A stretch of 64,000 bases of DNA from an uncultured delta proteobacterium (GTDB lineage: Bacteria; Desulfobacterota; Binatia; Binatales; Binataceae): positions 128,001 to 192,000 of the forward strand of contig CAWJET010000002.1 in the NCBI GenBank assembly GCA_963842085.1, given 5' to 3'. Position numbers and translations under genes: made by a program. A model generated the notes under the pieces. That model saw only the letters and a list, made by a program, of their open reading frames with translations, searched no databases and was not told the origin of the DNA. Below are positions 8,957 to 18,990 of this stretch, piece by piece. The first letter of the stretch is position 1, and each line of letters starts with the position of its first letter.

Positions 8957-10690
8957 CTACTTTCCCGCTTCCGATTTGAGACAATCGGCCGCGGCCGGCG
9001 GCGGCGCGAGGGCGCCATTGTAGAGAGCGAACTTTTTTCCCTCGCATCCGACGATCACGGGCGCCGGCTTCAGCGAATCCCGGAGCGCATCCAGGTCGCG
9101 ACGGTTCGCGATCAGAACCATGCACGAGCCCGACGACCAGACTTGGCCCAGGCGTGCATCGGAGCCGATGAGGAACGGCGACTTGACAGAAGCCGGCGGC
9201 GAGACTTCGGAAAGCTCGCCCCAGTACTCGACCCGGGTCTCGCGCCTGCGAGTGTAGAACGGGAGCGACTGGACGTAGTGGCGATACGAGGCGAGCGTGC
9301 AGTCGCCGGCAAGATAGGGCCGAACCGCATTCGCGAGGCCGCGATAAGTGGAAATCGAAGACGCGTCTTGGCGAACGCGCGCGGCAAGCGGCACCGTCGC
9401 GACCATCGCCAGCGCGAGCGCGCCGATCGCGTACGGAGCGCGCGACGCTATGCGCCCGAAGGAGTACGTCGCAATCGCGCCGGCCGCCAGGACAGCGCCG
9501 AGCAGCAACCCGTCGAAGCCCAACGCGGGATTTATTGCGGCGAGCGCGAGTTCGAAAAATACGGCCAGAGCTGCCGCGAGTACCAGGTTCGCTGCCGCGA
9601 CTGCCGCGAGGATACGGCGCCGATATGTGGCGTCGAGGGCGGATAATCGCGCGAGCCCGTAGCCCGCGACGATCGCCAATGGAGGAAGCGCGGGCAGGAT
9701 ATAACTGCCGAGCTTGGAGCGCGGAATCGAGAAAAACACGAAGATGAACGCGAACCAGATGGCGAGAAAGCTCGCGGCGGAGCGGCGGCCGGAGGTGTCC
9801 GCTACGCCGGCGGACGAGGCGTCGACGGCGCGCATCGCGGACCATCCGCGCGGGACGAAAAAAATCCAGGGCCACGCTCCTCCAATCACGATCGAGATGA
9901 AGAACCAGGGGCCCCATCCGTGTTCGTTCGACGCGACGTAGCGTTCGAGATGTTCGTGGATGAAGAAGAAACGCAGAAACCCGGGATTTCGCATCTCCAC
10001 GAGGATGAACCACGGCGCGACGATCGCCGCGTAGATGACGCCGCACCAGACCAGCGGCATTCGGCGGATCTCGGCGAGTCGTCTCCCGGATGCGAGCCAT
10101 ATGAAAGCGATCGCGCCGCCAAGAAGCAGCGCGACCGGCCCCTTGGCGAGAGTGCCAAGGGCAAGCATCGCGGCGGAAATCAACATCCATCGGCGAGACG
10201 ACGGGCGTGAGAGCGAATCGTCACGCGCGGCGACGTAAAGGGCGCCGAGCGCCGCGGTAAGAAAGAACGCCAGCGCGGGATCGAGCGTCGCGAATCGCGC
10301 GAAGCCGAAGAACAACGGGCTCAGCGCGAGCGCGAGCGCGGCGAAGAATCCTGCCGATACGCCGAGCATCACCTCGGCCAACGCGGCGGTGACGACGACC
10401 TGTCCGATGCTGAAAAGCGCGGCGGGCAATCGCACCGCGAATTCATTGACGCCAAAAGCGTGGATAGACGCCGCCTCGGCCCAATAGACCAGCGGCGGTT
10501 TCTCGAAATACAGTTCGAAGTCGTCGCGCGGCGTGACGTAGTCGCCCGAGACAACCATCTCGCGCGCAATTTCGGCGTAGCGGCCCTCGTCGGGCTCCCA
10601 AAGCGCGGGCCTGCCGAGACCCGGAAGGTAGAGAATCGCCGCGAACAGTGCGTAGAGGGTTAGTCGAACGGGTCGGTTGGCGGCGAGCAT
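8957..10690 (-). CDS. arnT: GT83 lipid A 4-amino-4-deoxy-L-arabinose transferase
   Basis: LWEPDEGRYAEIAREM, YFEKPPLVYW, SKLGSYILP; polytopic; divergent from arn genes. Confidence 0.88.
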   Translation of the reverse strand: MLAANRPVRLTLYALFAAILYLPGLGRPALWEPDEGRYAEIAREMVVSGDYVTPRDDFELYFEKPPLVYWAEAASIHAFGVNEFAVRLPAALFSIGQVVVTAALAEVMLGVSAGFFAALALALSPLFFGFARFATLDPALAFFLTAALGALYVAARDDSLSRPSSRRWMLISAAMLALGTLAKGPVALLLGGAIAFIWLASGRRLAEIRRMPLVWCGVIYAAIVAPWFILVEMRNPGFLRFFFIHEHLERYVASNEHGWGPWFFISIVIGGAWPWIFFVPRGWSAMRAVDASSAGVADTSGRRSAASFLAIWFAFIFVFFSIPRSKLGSYILPALPPLAIVAGYGLARLSALDATYRRRILAAVAAANLVLAAALAVFFELALAAINPALGFDGLLLGAVLAAGAIATYSFGRIASRAPYAIGALALAMVATVPLAARVRQDASSISTYRGLANAVRPYLAGDCTLASYRHYVQSLPFYTRRRETRVEYWGELSEVSPPASVKSPFLIGSDARLGQVWSSGSCMVLIANRRDLDALRDSLKPAPVIVGCEGKKFALYNGALAPPPAAADCLKSEAGK

Positions 10691-10869
10691 GGTCGATGCA
10701 GTCTCGCGAGGCGATCACGCGCGGTCAACCGGGAGGTGGCGCCGCTGTCTTTAATTCCCCGGGGCTGTCTGCAAGAATCACCTCACGCGACGGCGCCTTC
10801 CGGCGTGCAGGTCGCGCACGTGGCTTGAGCTTCCCGGGCAAAATATCACCGATTCGAGGCACTTCGGCC

Positions 10870-11844
10870 GTGTCGCGCGCGGCGGGCGGACTGGTGTCGA
10901 TCGTGGTGCCGGTGTTCAACGAATCGGCGAACCTGGCGTCGCTCTGGTCGCGCCTCAAGCCGGTGCTCGGCGGCCTGGGCCGTCCATGGGAGACGGTCTT
11001 CATAGACGACGGCTCGCGGGACGACTCGCTCGCTATTCTTCGCGAAATTGCCGCAGGCGAAGAAGGTCGCGTGCGGGTCGTGGAGCTGGCGCGCAACTTC
11101 GGACAGCATTCGGCGATTCTCGCGGGCTTCAAGCAATCGCGCGGAGAGATAGTCGTCACGCTCGACGCAGACCTTCAAAATCCACCCGAGGAAATTCCGC
11201 GGCTGATCGCGGCGATCGACGAAGGCAACGACGTCGTGGGCGGATGGCGCGAGGAGCGTCACGACCAGGCGTATCGGCGTTACGCGTCGCGGCTGCACAA
11301 CCGGCTGACGTCGTTGATCGTCGGCGTGCCGATGCACGACTACGGATGCATGCTGCGGGCGTACCGGCGGCACATCGTCGACACGGTGGTCGATTGCGAC
11401 GAGAAGGCGGCGTTCGTGCCGGCGCTGGCCAACTCGTTCGCCAAGCGTGTCGCGGAAATCCCGGTCGGCCACGACGATCGCGCCAGCGGCAAGTCAAAGT
11501 ACAACCTGTTCGGACTTGCAAAGCTCAGTCTTAATCTGATTACCGGATTCTCGCTGGCTCCGATCCAGCTGCTGAGCATGACCGGGATCGGAATTTCAGT
11601 GCTGGCCGTGATGATGGCGTTTGTGCTCCTCGCGCATCGCGTGATCTACGGACCGCAGGAAGAAGGCGCGCTGTGGACGCTGTTTGCGGTCCTGTTCTTT
11701 TTCATCGGGATGATCTTTCTGGCGCTCGGCCTGATCGGCGAATACGCGGGGCGCATCTATATAGAAGTGCGCCGGCGTCCGACTTACATCGTGCGCGCGG
11801 TGCATGGAGTGGAAGGCAAGCCGGGCGATTCGCAAGCCGACTGA
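10870..11844 (+). CDS. arnC: Undecaprenyl-phosphate L-Ara4FN transferase (GT2)
   Basis: SIVVPVFNE, DDGSRD, RNFGQHSA, DADLQNPPEEIP, DYGCMLRAYRR; two C-terminal TMs; start uncertain. Confidence 0.88.
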   Translation: MSRAAGGLVSIVVPVFNESANLASLWSRLKPVLGGLGRPWETVFIDDGSRDDSLAILREIAAGEEGRVRVVELARNFGQHSAILAGFKQSRGEIVVTLDADLQNPPEEIPRLIAAIDEGNDVVGGWREERHDQAYRRYASRLHNRLTSLIVGVPMHDYGCMLRAYRRHIVDTVVDCDEKAAFVPALANSFAKRVAEIPVGHDDRASGKSKYNLFGLAKLSLNLITGFSLAPIQLLSMTGIGISVLAVMMAFVLLAHRVIYGPQEEGALWTLFAVLFFFIGMIFLALGLIGEYAGRIYIEVRRRPTYIVRAVHGVEGKPGDSQAD

Positions 11845-11853
11845 ATATCGACC

Positions 11854-12828
11854 GTGGAGTCCAACGTCTCGAGCGCCGTATCCGGCGCGACCGTGAAATC
11901 GGCCCGATGCGTGCTGTTCGCGTACCATGAGATGGGTTACGCGTGCATGGAGGCGTTGCTGAAAATGGGCGCGCCAATCGCAGCACTGTTCACGCATCGC
12001 GACGATCCGCACGAAGAGATTTGGTGGCGATCGTGTGCCGAACTGTCCGCACGCCACGGTATCCCGGTGCACTTTGACGAAACCCTCGAGGCCGTCGGCG
12101 CGAAGATCGGTACATTGAAGCCGGCAGTGATCTATTCTTTCTCCTACCGGCATCTGATTCCCGAGAGCGTGCTTGGACTGGCTCCGCTGGGTGCCTTCAA
12201 TCTGCACCCGTCGTTGCTGCCGGCGTATCGGGGTCGTGCGCCGGTGAACTGGATGCTCGTGAATGGCGAGCGTGCGGCGGGCGTCACGTTGCATCATATG
12301 GTTGCGCGCGCGGACGCGGGAGATATCGTCGGGCAGCGGGCGGTTGCGATCGAGGACAGCGACAACGCGCTGACGCTATACCGCAAGCTGGTGCCGCTGG
12401 GCGTCGAGCTTATAGACGAGATGCATCCGAAGATCGTCGCGGGCACAGCGCCGCGGCAAAAAATGGATATCGCGAAGGGAAGTTACTTCGGGCGCAGAAA
12501 ACCGGAGGACGGGCGGATAGACTGGCGATGGCCGGCGCGAAGAATCTTCAACCTCGTGCGGGCGGTGACGCATCCATATCCCGGCGCGTTCTGTTTCGTC
12601 GGCGGACGAAGGCTGCTGGTATGGGAAGCGAAGATTGGCGCCGAAGACGGGACGCGCGGTGAGCCGGGACGGCTGGTGCGCGAAACGGCCGACGGCGCTG
12701 TTGAAGTTGCAGCCGGCGAAGGCAGCGTGATCGTGAAGACCGCGCAATTCGAGGGTGAGGTCGAAGGCATTGCGCGCGAGGCTCTTTCGCAAGCTGGGCC
12801 AGTCAAAGATACTATTCAATTCGACTAG
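11854..12828 (+). CDS. UDP-L-Ara4N formyltransferase (stand-alone ArnA N-terminal domain)
   Basis: FAYHEMG, FNLHPSLLPAYRGRAPVNW, NLVRAVTHPYPGAF. Confidence 0.88.
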   Translation: MESNVSSAVSGATVKSARCVLFAYHEMGYACMEALLKMGAPIAALFTHRDDPHEEIWWRSCAELSARHGIPVHFDETLEAVGAKIGTLKPAVIYSFSYRHLIPESVLGLAPLGAFNLHPSLLPAYRGRAPVNWMLVNGERAAGVTLHHMVARADAGDIVGQRAVAIEDSDNALTLYRKLVPLGVELIDEMHPKIVAGTAPRQKMDIAKGSYFGRRKPEDGRIDWRWPARRIFNLVRAVTHPYPGAFCFVGGRRLLVWEAKIGAEDGTRGEPGRLVRETADGAVEVAAGEGSVIVKTAQFEGEVEGIAREALSQAGPVKDTIQFD

Positions 12829-12843
12829 TTTCGTGGAGGTCAC

Positions 12844-13809
12844 ATGCGGGTTCTGATCACCGGCGGCGCCGGATTTCTCGGATCACATCTTTCGGATGCG
12901 TTCATCGCACGCGGCGACGAGGTCTTTGTGCTCGACACCGGCTCCATCGCCAAGGTGCGTCACCTGCTCAACAATCCGCGCTTTCACTACGTGCACGATT
13001 CGGTCTTCAACCTCGAGTTGATCGACAGCCTGGTCTCGAAGGTCGATCTCATCTACCATCTCGCGGCCGTGGTCGGCGTCGAGCACTACGTCGCCGATCC
13101 CTACGAGACGCTGAACGTAAACGTGAACGGCACGCAGAACGTGCTGAAGGCCGCCTACAAGCACAACAAGCGGGTCGTGTTCAGCTCGACCTCCGAGGTG
13201 TACGGGCGCAATCCCAAGGTGCCGTGGCGCGAGGACGACGATCGCGTGCTCGGCGCGACCAGCATCGATCGCTGGTGCTACTCGACGTCGAAAGCCGTCG
13301 GCGAGCATTTCTGTTTTGCGTATCACAAGCTCGGCCTGCCGGTGACGATCGTGCGCTATTTCAACGCGTACGGTCCGCGGCTGGACAAGGTCGACGTGGG
13401 CCGCCTGTTTACGATCTTCATGGGACAGCTGCTGCGCGGCGCCGACTTGACGGTGGTCGGCGACGGCTTGCAGACGCGATGCTTCACCTACGTGACCGAC
13501 GCGATCGAGGCGACCGTGCAGGCCGGAGTGAATCCTGCAGCGGACGGGCAGGCAATTAACATCGGCGTCGATGTCGAGACGACCGTGCTCGAGTTCGCCC
13601 AGCTGATGCTCGAGTTGTTTGGGCCAACGAAATCGAAGATCAAGTTCGTGACGCAGGAGGAAGTGTACGGCAACAGCTACGAGGACATCCCGCGCCGGGT
13701 TCCGGACAACACGAAGATGCGCACGTTGCTGCGGGTCACGCCGAAAGTGAACCTGCGTGACGGCGTGAAAATCTCGATGGACTGGTTCCGGCAAGAGATG
13801 GCTTCTTAA
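12844..13809 (+). CDS. NAD-dependent UDP-sugar decarboxylase/epimerase (ArnA C-terminal/UXS-like)
   Basis: TGGAGFLG, STSEVYG, RWCYSTSK (YxxxK), RCFTYV, YEDIPRRVP. Confidence 0.85.
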   Translation: MRVLITGGAGFLGSHLSDAFIARGDEVFVLDTGSIAKVRHLLNNPRFHYVHDSVFNLELIDSLVSKVDLIYHLAAVVGVEHYVADPYETLNVNVNGTQNVLKAAYKHNKRVVFSSTSEVYGRNPKVPWREDDDRVLGATSIDRWCYSTSKAVGEHFCFAYHKLGLPVTIVRYFNAYGPRLDKVDVGRLFTIFMGQLLRGADLTVVGDGLQTRCFTYVTDAIEATVQAGVNPAADGQAINIGVDVETTVLEFAQLMLELFGPTKSKIKFVTQEEVYGNSYEDIPRRVPDNTKMRTLLRVTPKVNLRDGVKISMDWFRQEMAS

Positions 13810-13828
13810 GCGCGCATTCATTCCTGGC

Positions 13829-14743
13829 GTGGAAGTCGCACTAAAGATCGACGTCGATACCCATCAGGGGCTCGAACTGGGGGTGCCGCGACTGGCCTCG
13901 ATGCTCGAGCGCGAGGGCGTCGCCGCGAGCTTCTATATCGCGATGGGCCCCGACAATTCCGGGCGCGCAATCCTGCGCGTGTTTCGAAACCGCGGGTTCC
14001 TGTCGAAGATGTTCCGCACCAAAGCCGTCTCGATGTACGGCACGCGCACGATTCTCTCAGGCACGCTGCTGCCGTCGCGGCCGATTGCATTGTCGTTTCC
14101 CGGAATCATTCGCGACCTGAAGGCGCGCGGCTTCGAGGTTGGCGTGCATGGCTATGATCACGTGCGCTGGCAGGATCATCTCGATGACATCGGCGAGGCC
14201 GGTGTGCGCAACGAACTCGGCGACGCGTTCGAGGCATACCGCGCGATCCTTGGCGAAGCGCCACGCAGCTTCGCAGCGCCGGGATGGCGCACTAACAATG
14301 CGGCCCTGGTCGCACTCGACGCGATGGGTCTCGACTATCGCAGCGACACGCGGGGCATCGCGCCCTACCGCTGCGTCGTCGATGGCCGGGTCCTCGCGAC
14401 GCCGGAGATTCCGACGACGTTGCCGACGCTCGACGAGGTGATGGGACGGCGAGACCTGCCCGACGACAGCGCGGTGCGCGATTTCTATCTCGGCTTGTGC
14501 AAGCTTGACGCGCTCAACGTGCACACGATTCATGCCGAGACCGAAGGGATGGGACAGCTCCTGAGCTTCACCGCGCTGGTCCGCGCGCTCAAGGAGCGGG
14601 GCGCAAAGTTCGTGCAACTGCGCGAGGCCGCGTCGCGGCTGAATCGCACGGAATTGCCGGTATGCGAGGTTGTTCGCACTACGCTGCCGGGCAGGGCAGG
14701 CTGGGTTTCGGCGCAAGGCCCGGCGCAGATCGCTGCCGAATGA
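13829..14743 (+). CDS. arnD: 4-deoxy-4-formamido-L-arabinose-phosphoundecaprenol deformylase
   Basis: LKIDVDT, MGPDNSGRA, HGYDH..WQ, AAPGW, TLPTLDE, NVHTIHAE.EG. Confidence 0.9.
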   Translation: MEVALKIDVDTHQGLELGVPRLASMLEREGVAASFYIAMGPDNSGRAILRVFRNRGFLSKMFRTKAVSMYGTRTILSGTLLPSRPIALSFPGIIRDLKARGFEVGVHGYDHVRWQDHLDDIGEAGVRNELGDAFEAYRAILGEAPRSFAAPGWRTNNAALVALDAMGLDYRSDTRGIAPYRCVVDGRVLATPEIPTTLPTLDEVMGRRDLPDDSAVRDFYLGLCKLDALNVHTIHAETEGMGQLLSFTALVRALKERGAKFVQLREAASRLNRTELPVCEVVRTTLPGRAGWVSAQGPAQIAAE

Positions 14744-14805
14744 CGAATCGGCGGTGGTGTGTTATATCCCGAAAGCTACAATTCTACTCGCAGGGGGTTC
14801 CCGCA

Positions 14806-15996
14806 ATGCCCACGCAAGGTCATTTTGCTGATAGTCCACGCGAAGTAGGTCTCGATCCCGCGAAAGTCGAGGCACTTTTCAATCGCGCCGAACGCGAAAT
14901 CAAAGACGGGCTGCTGCCATCGAGCCAAATCGCGATTGCCCGCAATGGGAAGATCGGCGCGATGCGCACAGTTGGACGCGCAGTCCAGGGTGGAAGTGAA
15001 AGGCCCGCGACCAACGACACGCTCTACGTGATCTTCTCGTGCACCAAGGCGATCATGTCGGCGGCGTCGTGGATTCTGATCGGCGAGGGCAAGCTGAGTC
15101 CGAACGAGCGCGTCGCGGAGATCATTCCCGAGTTCGGCACCAACGGTAAGGATAAGATTACTGTCGAGCAGATCCTGCTGCACGTTGGAGGATTCCCGAA
15201 CGCGCCATATGCGCAGGACGATTGGCTGGACAAGCGCAAGCGGCTCGAGCGATTCGCGAAGTGGCGGTTGGAATGGCCGGTAGGCAGCAAGTACGAATAC
15301 CATCCAACCTCGGGCTTCTGGGTAATCGCGGAGATAATCGAGCGCCGCACTGGCAAGGACTTCCGTCAGTTCGTGCACGAACGGATTTCGACGCCGCTCG
15401 GACTGCCGGAACTGCGGGTCGGGTTGCCGCGCGAACATCAACAACGCGTCGCGCAGCTTTGCTATGTCGGGGAGCCGCTGTCGGACGAAGAGCGAAAGAA
15501 ACTCGGCCTGCCGGCGATGCCTGAAACCGAAGTTACCGAAGAAGCGATCCTCGGCTTCAACCGGCCCAACGTGTTGGAAGCTGGCGTTCCGGGCGGCGGC
15601 GGCGTGATGACGGCGGGCGACCTGGCGCTGTTCTACCAGGGCTTGCTGCACAATCGCGGCATCAACGGCGCGCCGATCATCCAGCCCGAGGCGCTCAAGG
15701 ATGCGCTGCGGGTGCGCTCGGGCGACTACAAGGATCCGATTTTCGGCATCAAGGTGAATCGCGCGCTGGGCGTCGTCGTGGCTGGAGGCGACGGGCTCGC
15801 GAACTATCGCGGCTTCGGCAAAACGAACTCGGCGCTGGCATTCGGTCACGGCGGCGCTGGCGGACAGATCGGATGGGCCGATCCGGCGACGGGAATTTCG
15901 CTCGGCTACACAACCAACGGCTTCGATCGCAACGACGTGCGCTTGGGCCGTCGCGGCGTCGGGATCTCAAGCCTCGCAGCAGTCTGCGCAGGGTAG
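14806..15996 (+). CDS. Serine hydrolase, beta-lactamase (class C-like esterase) family
   Basis: SxxK (FSCTK), YHP, FGHGGAGG..GWADP. Confidence 0.88.
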   Translation: MPTQGHFADSPREVGLDPAKVEALFNRAEREIKDGLLPSSQIAIARNGKIGAMRTVGRAVQGGSERPATNDTLYVIFSCTKAIMSAASWILIGEGKLSPNERVAEIIPEFGTNGKDKITVEQILLHVGGFPNAPYAQDDWLDKRKRLERFAKWRLEWPVGSKYEYHPTSGFWVIAEIIERRTGKDFRQFVHERISTPLGLPELRVGLPREHQQRVAQLCYVGEPLSDEERKKLGLPAMPETEVTEEAILGFNRPNVLEAGVPGGGGVMTAGDLALFYQGLLHNRGINGAPIIQPEALKDALRVRSGDYKDPIFGIKVNRALGVVVAGGDGLANYRGFGKTNSALAFGHGGAGGQIGWADPATGISLGYTTNGFDRNDVRLGRRGVGISSLAAVCAG

Positions 15997-16011
15997 GACG
16001 CACGCATCGAG

Positions 16012-17307
16012 CTAGTCGGCGAACGGGTTGCGCACCACGATGGTTGCTTCGCGCTCCTTGCCGACGCCGACCATCGCAATTGGCACTCCCGCCAGCTCGC
16101 TGATTCTTTCGATGTAGCGGCGCACGCTCGAAGGCAATTCGGCGAGGGTGCGCGCGCCGGCCGGACTCTCGCTCCATCCCGGCATCTCTTCGAAGATCGG
16201 CTTGGCGTTGATCAGCATCCGATGCGACGGCGGCATGTCGTCGTAGCGCTTCCCCTTTACAACGTAGCCGACGCAAATCTTCACAGGGTCGATTCCGGTC
16301 AGAACGTCGAGTTTGGTTAGCGCGAGCGCCCACATCCCGTTGACGCGAGCGGTGTAGCGGGCGAGCACCGCGTCGAACCATCCGATCCGCCGCGGACGTC
16401 CCGTGGCGCTGCCGAACTCGTCGCCCTCTTCGCGCAGTGAATCTGCCAGATAGCCGGTGAACTCGCTCGGGAGGGGGCCGGCGCCGACTCGCGTCGTGTA
16501 GCCCTTGCTGATGCCGAGCACCGCGTCGAGGTTGCCCGGCCCGATGCCGGTGCCGCTGAAGACTGCGCTCGCGACGCAACTCGAGGAGGTCACATAGGGG
16601 TAGGTGCCGTGGTCGATGTCGAGCATGGTGCCGTGCGCGCCTTCGAACAGGACGCGTTTGCCGGAATCGATCGCGTCGCTAACGAACGCGCCCGTGTCGC
16701 ACAGATATGGGAGCAGCCGGCGCCGCGCTTTTTTCATCGCCTCGATCGTTTCGTCGGCCTTGATCGGCTTGGTCTTTAGCAATGCTTTCAAATAGGCGTT
16801 CTTCTCGACAATGTTGCGGCGGAGCTTCTCGGTGAAGAATTTGAAGTCGAGCAAATCTTCGAAGCGCAATCCCACCCGCGCCATCTTGTCTTCGTAGGCC
16901 GGCCCGATGCCGAATCCGGTCGTGCCGATTGCGCGCTTGCCCAGGCGTGCCTCGCGAGCGCGATCGATCGCGAGATGATAGGGCATCACCAGGTGCGCTT
17001 CGTAGCTGATCTTGAACAGACTATCGTCGGCCAGATGGCCGCTGCGCTTGAGATCCGCGATCTCGGCCAGCAGCGCGATTGGATTGACGACCAGGCCGTT
17101 ACCGATTACGCAGGCCTTGCCGGGATGGAGCGCACCGGCCGGCACCAGCCGCAGCACGAACTTCTTGCCGCCGACCACCAGCGTGTGAGCCGCGTTATTT
17201 CCGCCCTGGAAGCGGACGACCGCGTCGGCGTCGGCCGCGAGCATATCGACGATTTTGCCTTTGCCCTCATCGCCCCACTGCGTGCCGACCACGGCAACTG
17301 TCTTCAT
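16012..17307 (-). CDS. purA: Adenylosuccinate synthetase
   Basis: QWGDEGKGK, GGNNAAHT, DHGTYPYVTSS, TGRPRRIGWFD. Confidence 0.97.
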   Translation of the reverse strand: MKTVAVVGTQWGDEGKGKIVDMLAADADAVVRFQGGNNAAHTLVVGGKKFVLRLVPAGALHPGKACVIGNGLVVNPIALLAEIADLKRSGHLADDSLFKISYEAHLVMPYHLAIDRAREARLGKRAIGTTGFGIGPAYEDKMARVGLRFEDLLDFKFFTEKLRRNIVEKNAYLKALLKTKPIKADETIEAMKKARRRLLPYLCDTGAFVSDAIDSGKRVLFEGAHGTMLDIDHGTYPYVTSSSCVASAVFSGTGIGPGNLDAVLGISKGYTTRVGAGPLPSEFTGYLADSLREEGDEFGSATGRPRRIGWFDAVLARYTARVNGMWALALTKLDVLTGIDPVKICVGYVVKGKRYDDMPPSHRMLINAKPIFEEMPGWSESPAGARTLAELPSSVRRYIERISELAGVPIAMVGVGKEREATIVVRNPFAD

Positions 17308-17387
17308 GTCTTTTCCCCGGCTGGCGTCAATTTCGCCGGCCTCCGCGCGCACCTGTCGGGCTCAAATTTTCTAGGCGCAAATTAAGT

Positions 17388-18983
17388 TCAGAGCTTGAGC
17401 AGCGACGCCGCCGTAATTGCGGGAATCGTCTTGAGCTTATCCAGGACGGCGCCCGGAACGGGCTCATCCACTTCGAAGATGCTGAGCGCGGTTCCGCCCA
17501 CGCGATCGCGGCCGAGTTCCAGCCCACCGATATTTATTCCAGCCTGCCCGAGCATCGTGCCCACCGCGCCGACCACCCCGGGAACGTCGCGATTATGCAG
17601 CATGAGGAAGAAGCCCTCGGGCACCGCCTCGACGCGGTAGCCGTCGATGCGGGTGAGGCGCAGCGCGCGATTTCCCAGCACGGCGCCAGAGACTTCATGC
17701 TCACCGGCGCCGGTACGAACCCTGAGCGTCAAGGTGTTGACGTAGTCGGTGACTTCGCGGGAGCGCGTTTCGACAATGCTGATCCCGCGTTCGCGCGCGA
17801 TGAACGGCGCGTTGACGTAGTTCAAATCCTCGTCGAGGAAGCCGCTCATCAATCCCTTCAGAACCGCGGCGGTAATGGCGTCGGGCTTGAGATTCGCGGC
17901 TTCGCCGCCGAACGCGAGCGTCAGCTGGGTGGGCGCGTCGGTGATCAGTTGCGCGGCGAGTCTGCCCAGCTTTTCGCCGAGCGTCAAATGAGGTCCGAGT
18001 ATTTCGAGCTCCTTGGTGGACAGCGCCGGGATGTTGACCGCCTGCCTAATCGTGCCGTCGATCAAAAACTCGGCGACCTGATGCGCGATATCGACTGAGA
18101 CCTGGACTTGCGCCTCGTCGGTGGCGGCGCCGAGGTGCGGAGTGACGATCACGTTGTCGAACTGGAGCAGCGGATGGTTGGCGGGCGGCGGCTCCTCGAC
18201 GAACACGTCGAGCGCGGCGCCGGCGACCTTGCCGGATTTCAGCGCCTCGACCAGCGCGGCTTCATCGACTATTCCGCCGCGCGCGCAGTTGATGATTCGC
18301 ACGCCCTTCTTCATTTTCGCGAACGCCGCGGCGCCAACCAGTCCCTTCGTGTCGTCGGTCAGCGGGGTATGGACGGTGATGAAATCGGCGCGTGAAAAGA
18401 GTTCGTCGAGGCTGACCAGCTGAACGCCGATCCGCCCGGCAGCCTCCGCCGTCAGGATCGGATCGTAGCCGATCACTTTCATCTTGAGCCCAAGAGCGCG
18501 GTCGGCGACGATCCGGCCGATATTGCCGAGGCCGACCACGCCAAGTGTTTTGTTGCATATCTCGGCGCCGGTGAATTTGCCGCGCTCCCATTTGCCGGCC
18601 CGGATCGAGGCGTTGGCGGCCGGAATGTGCCGCGCCAGCGCCATCATCATGGTGACTGCGTGCTCGGCGGTCGTGACGCTGTTGCCGGTCGGACTGTTCA
18701 TCACGACGATTCCGCGGCGTGTAGCCGCTTCGATGTCGACGTTGTCCACCCCGACGCCGGCGCGCCCGATCACTTTGAGCGACGTGGCCGCGTCGATCAC
18801 TTCGCGGGTGACCTTGGTGCCGCTGCGGATCAGCAGCGCGTCGTAGGGCGCGATTATTTTCGCCAGCTCGTCGGGCTTGAGTCCGGTTTTGACGTCGAAC
18901 TGGATCTGCGGGAAGCGCTTGAGGACTTCGATCCCCTGCGCCGCCAGCGAGTCGCTTAGAAGGACGCGGAAAGTTTCCGCCAT
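17388..18983 (-). CDS. serA: D-3-phosphoglycerate dehydrogenase (type I, ASB+ACT)
   Basis: RAGVGVDNVD, GLGNIG, NCARGG, TPHLGA, C-terminal HNRDVPGVVG ACT domain. Confidence 0.95.
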   Translation of the reverse strand: MAETFRVLLSDSLAAQGIEVLKRFPQIQFDVKTGLKPDELAKIIAPYDALLIRSGTKVTREVIDAATSLKVIGRAGVGVDNVDIEAATRRGIVVMNSPTGNSVTTAEHAVTMMMALARHIPAANASIRAGKWERGKFTGAEICNKTLGVVGLGNIGRIVADRALGLKMKVIGYDPILTAEAAGRIGVQLVSLDELFSRADFITVHTPLTDDTKGLVGAAAFAKMKKGVRIINCARGGIVDEAALVEALKSGKVAGAALDVFVEEPPPANHPLLQFDNVIVTPHLGAATDEAQVQVSVDIAHQVAEFLIDGTIRQAVNIPALSTKELEILGPHLTLGEKLGRLAAQLITDAPTQLTLAFGGEAANLKPDAITAAVLKGLMSGFLDEDLNYVNAPFIARERGISIVETRSREVTDYVNTLTLRVRTGAGEHEVSGAVLGNRALRLTRIDGYRVEAVPEGFFLMLHNRDVPGVVGAVGTMLGQAGINIGGLELGRDRVGGTALSIFEVDEPVPGAVLDKLKTIPAITAASLLKL

Positions 18984-18990
18984 GTTGCTT

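Noticed and set aside
14806-15996. True beta-lactamase resistance gene next to the arn cluster
   Set aside because: No signal peptide; motifs fit the cytoplasmic esterase branch of the family.
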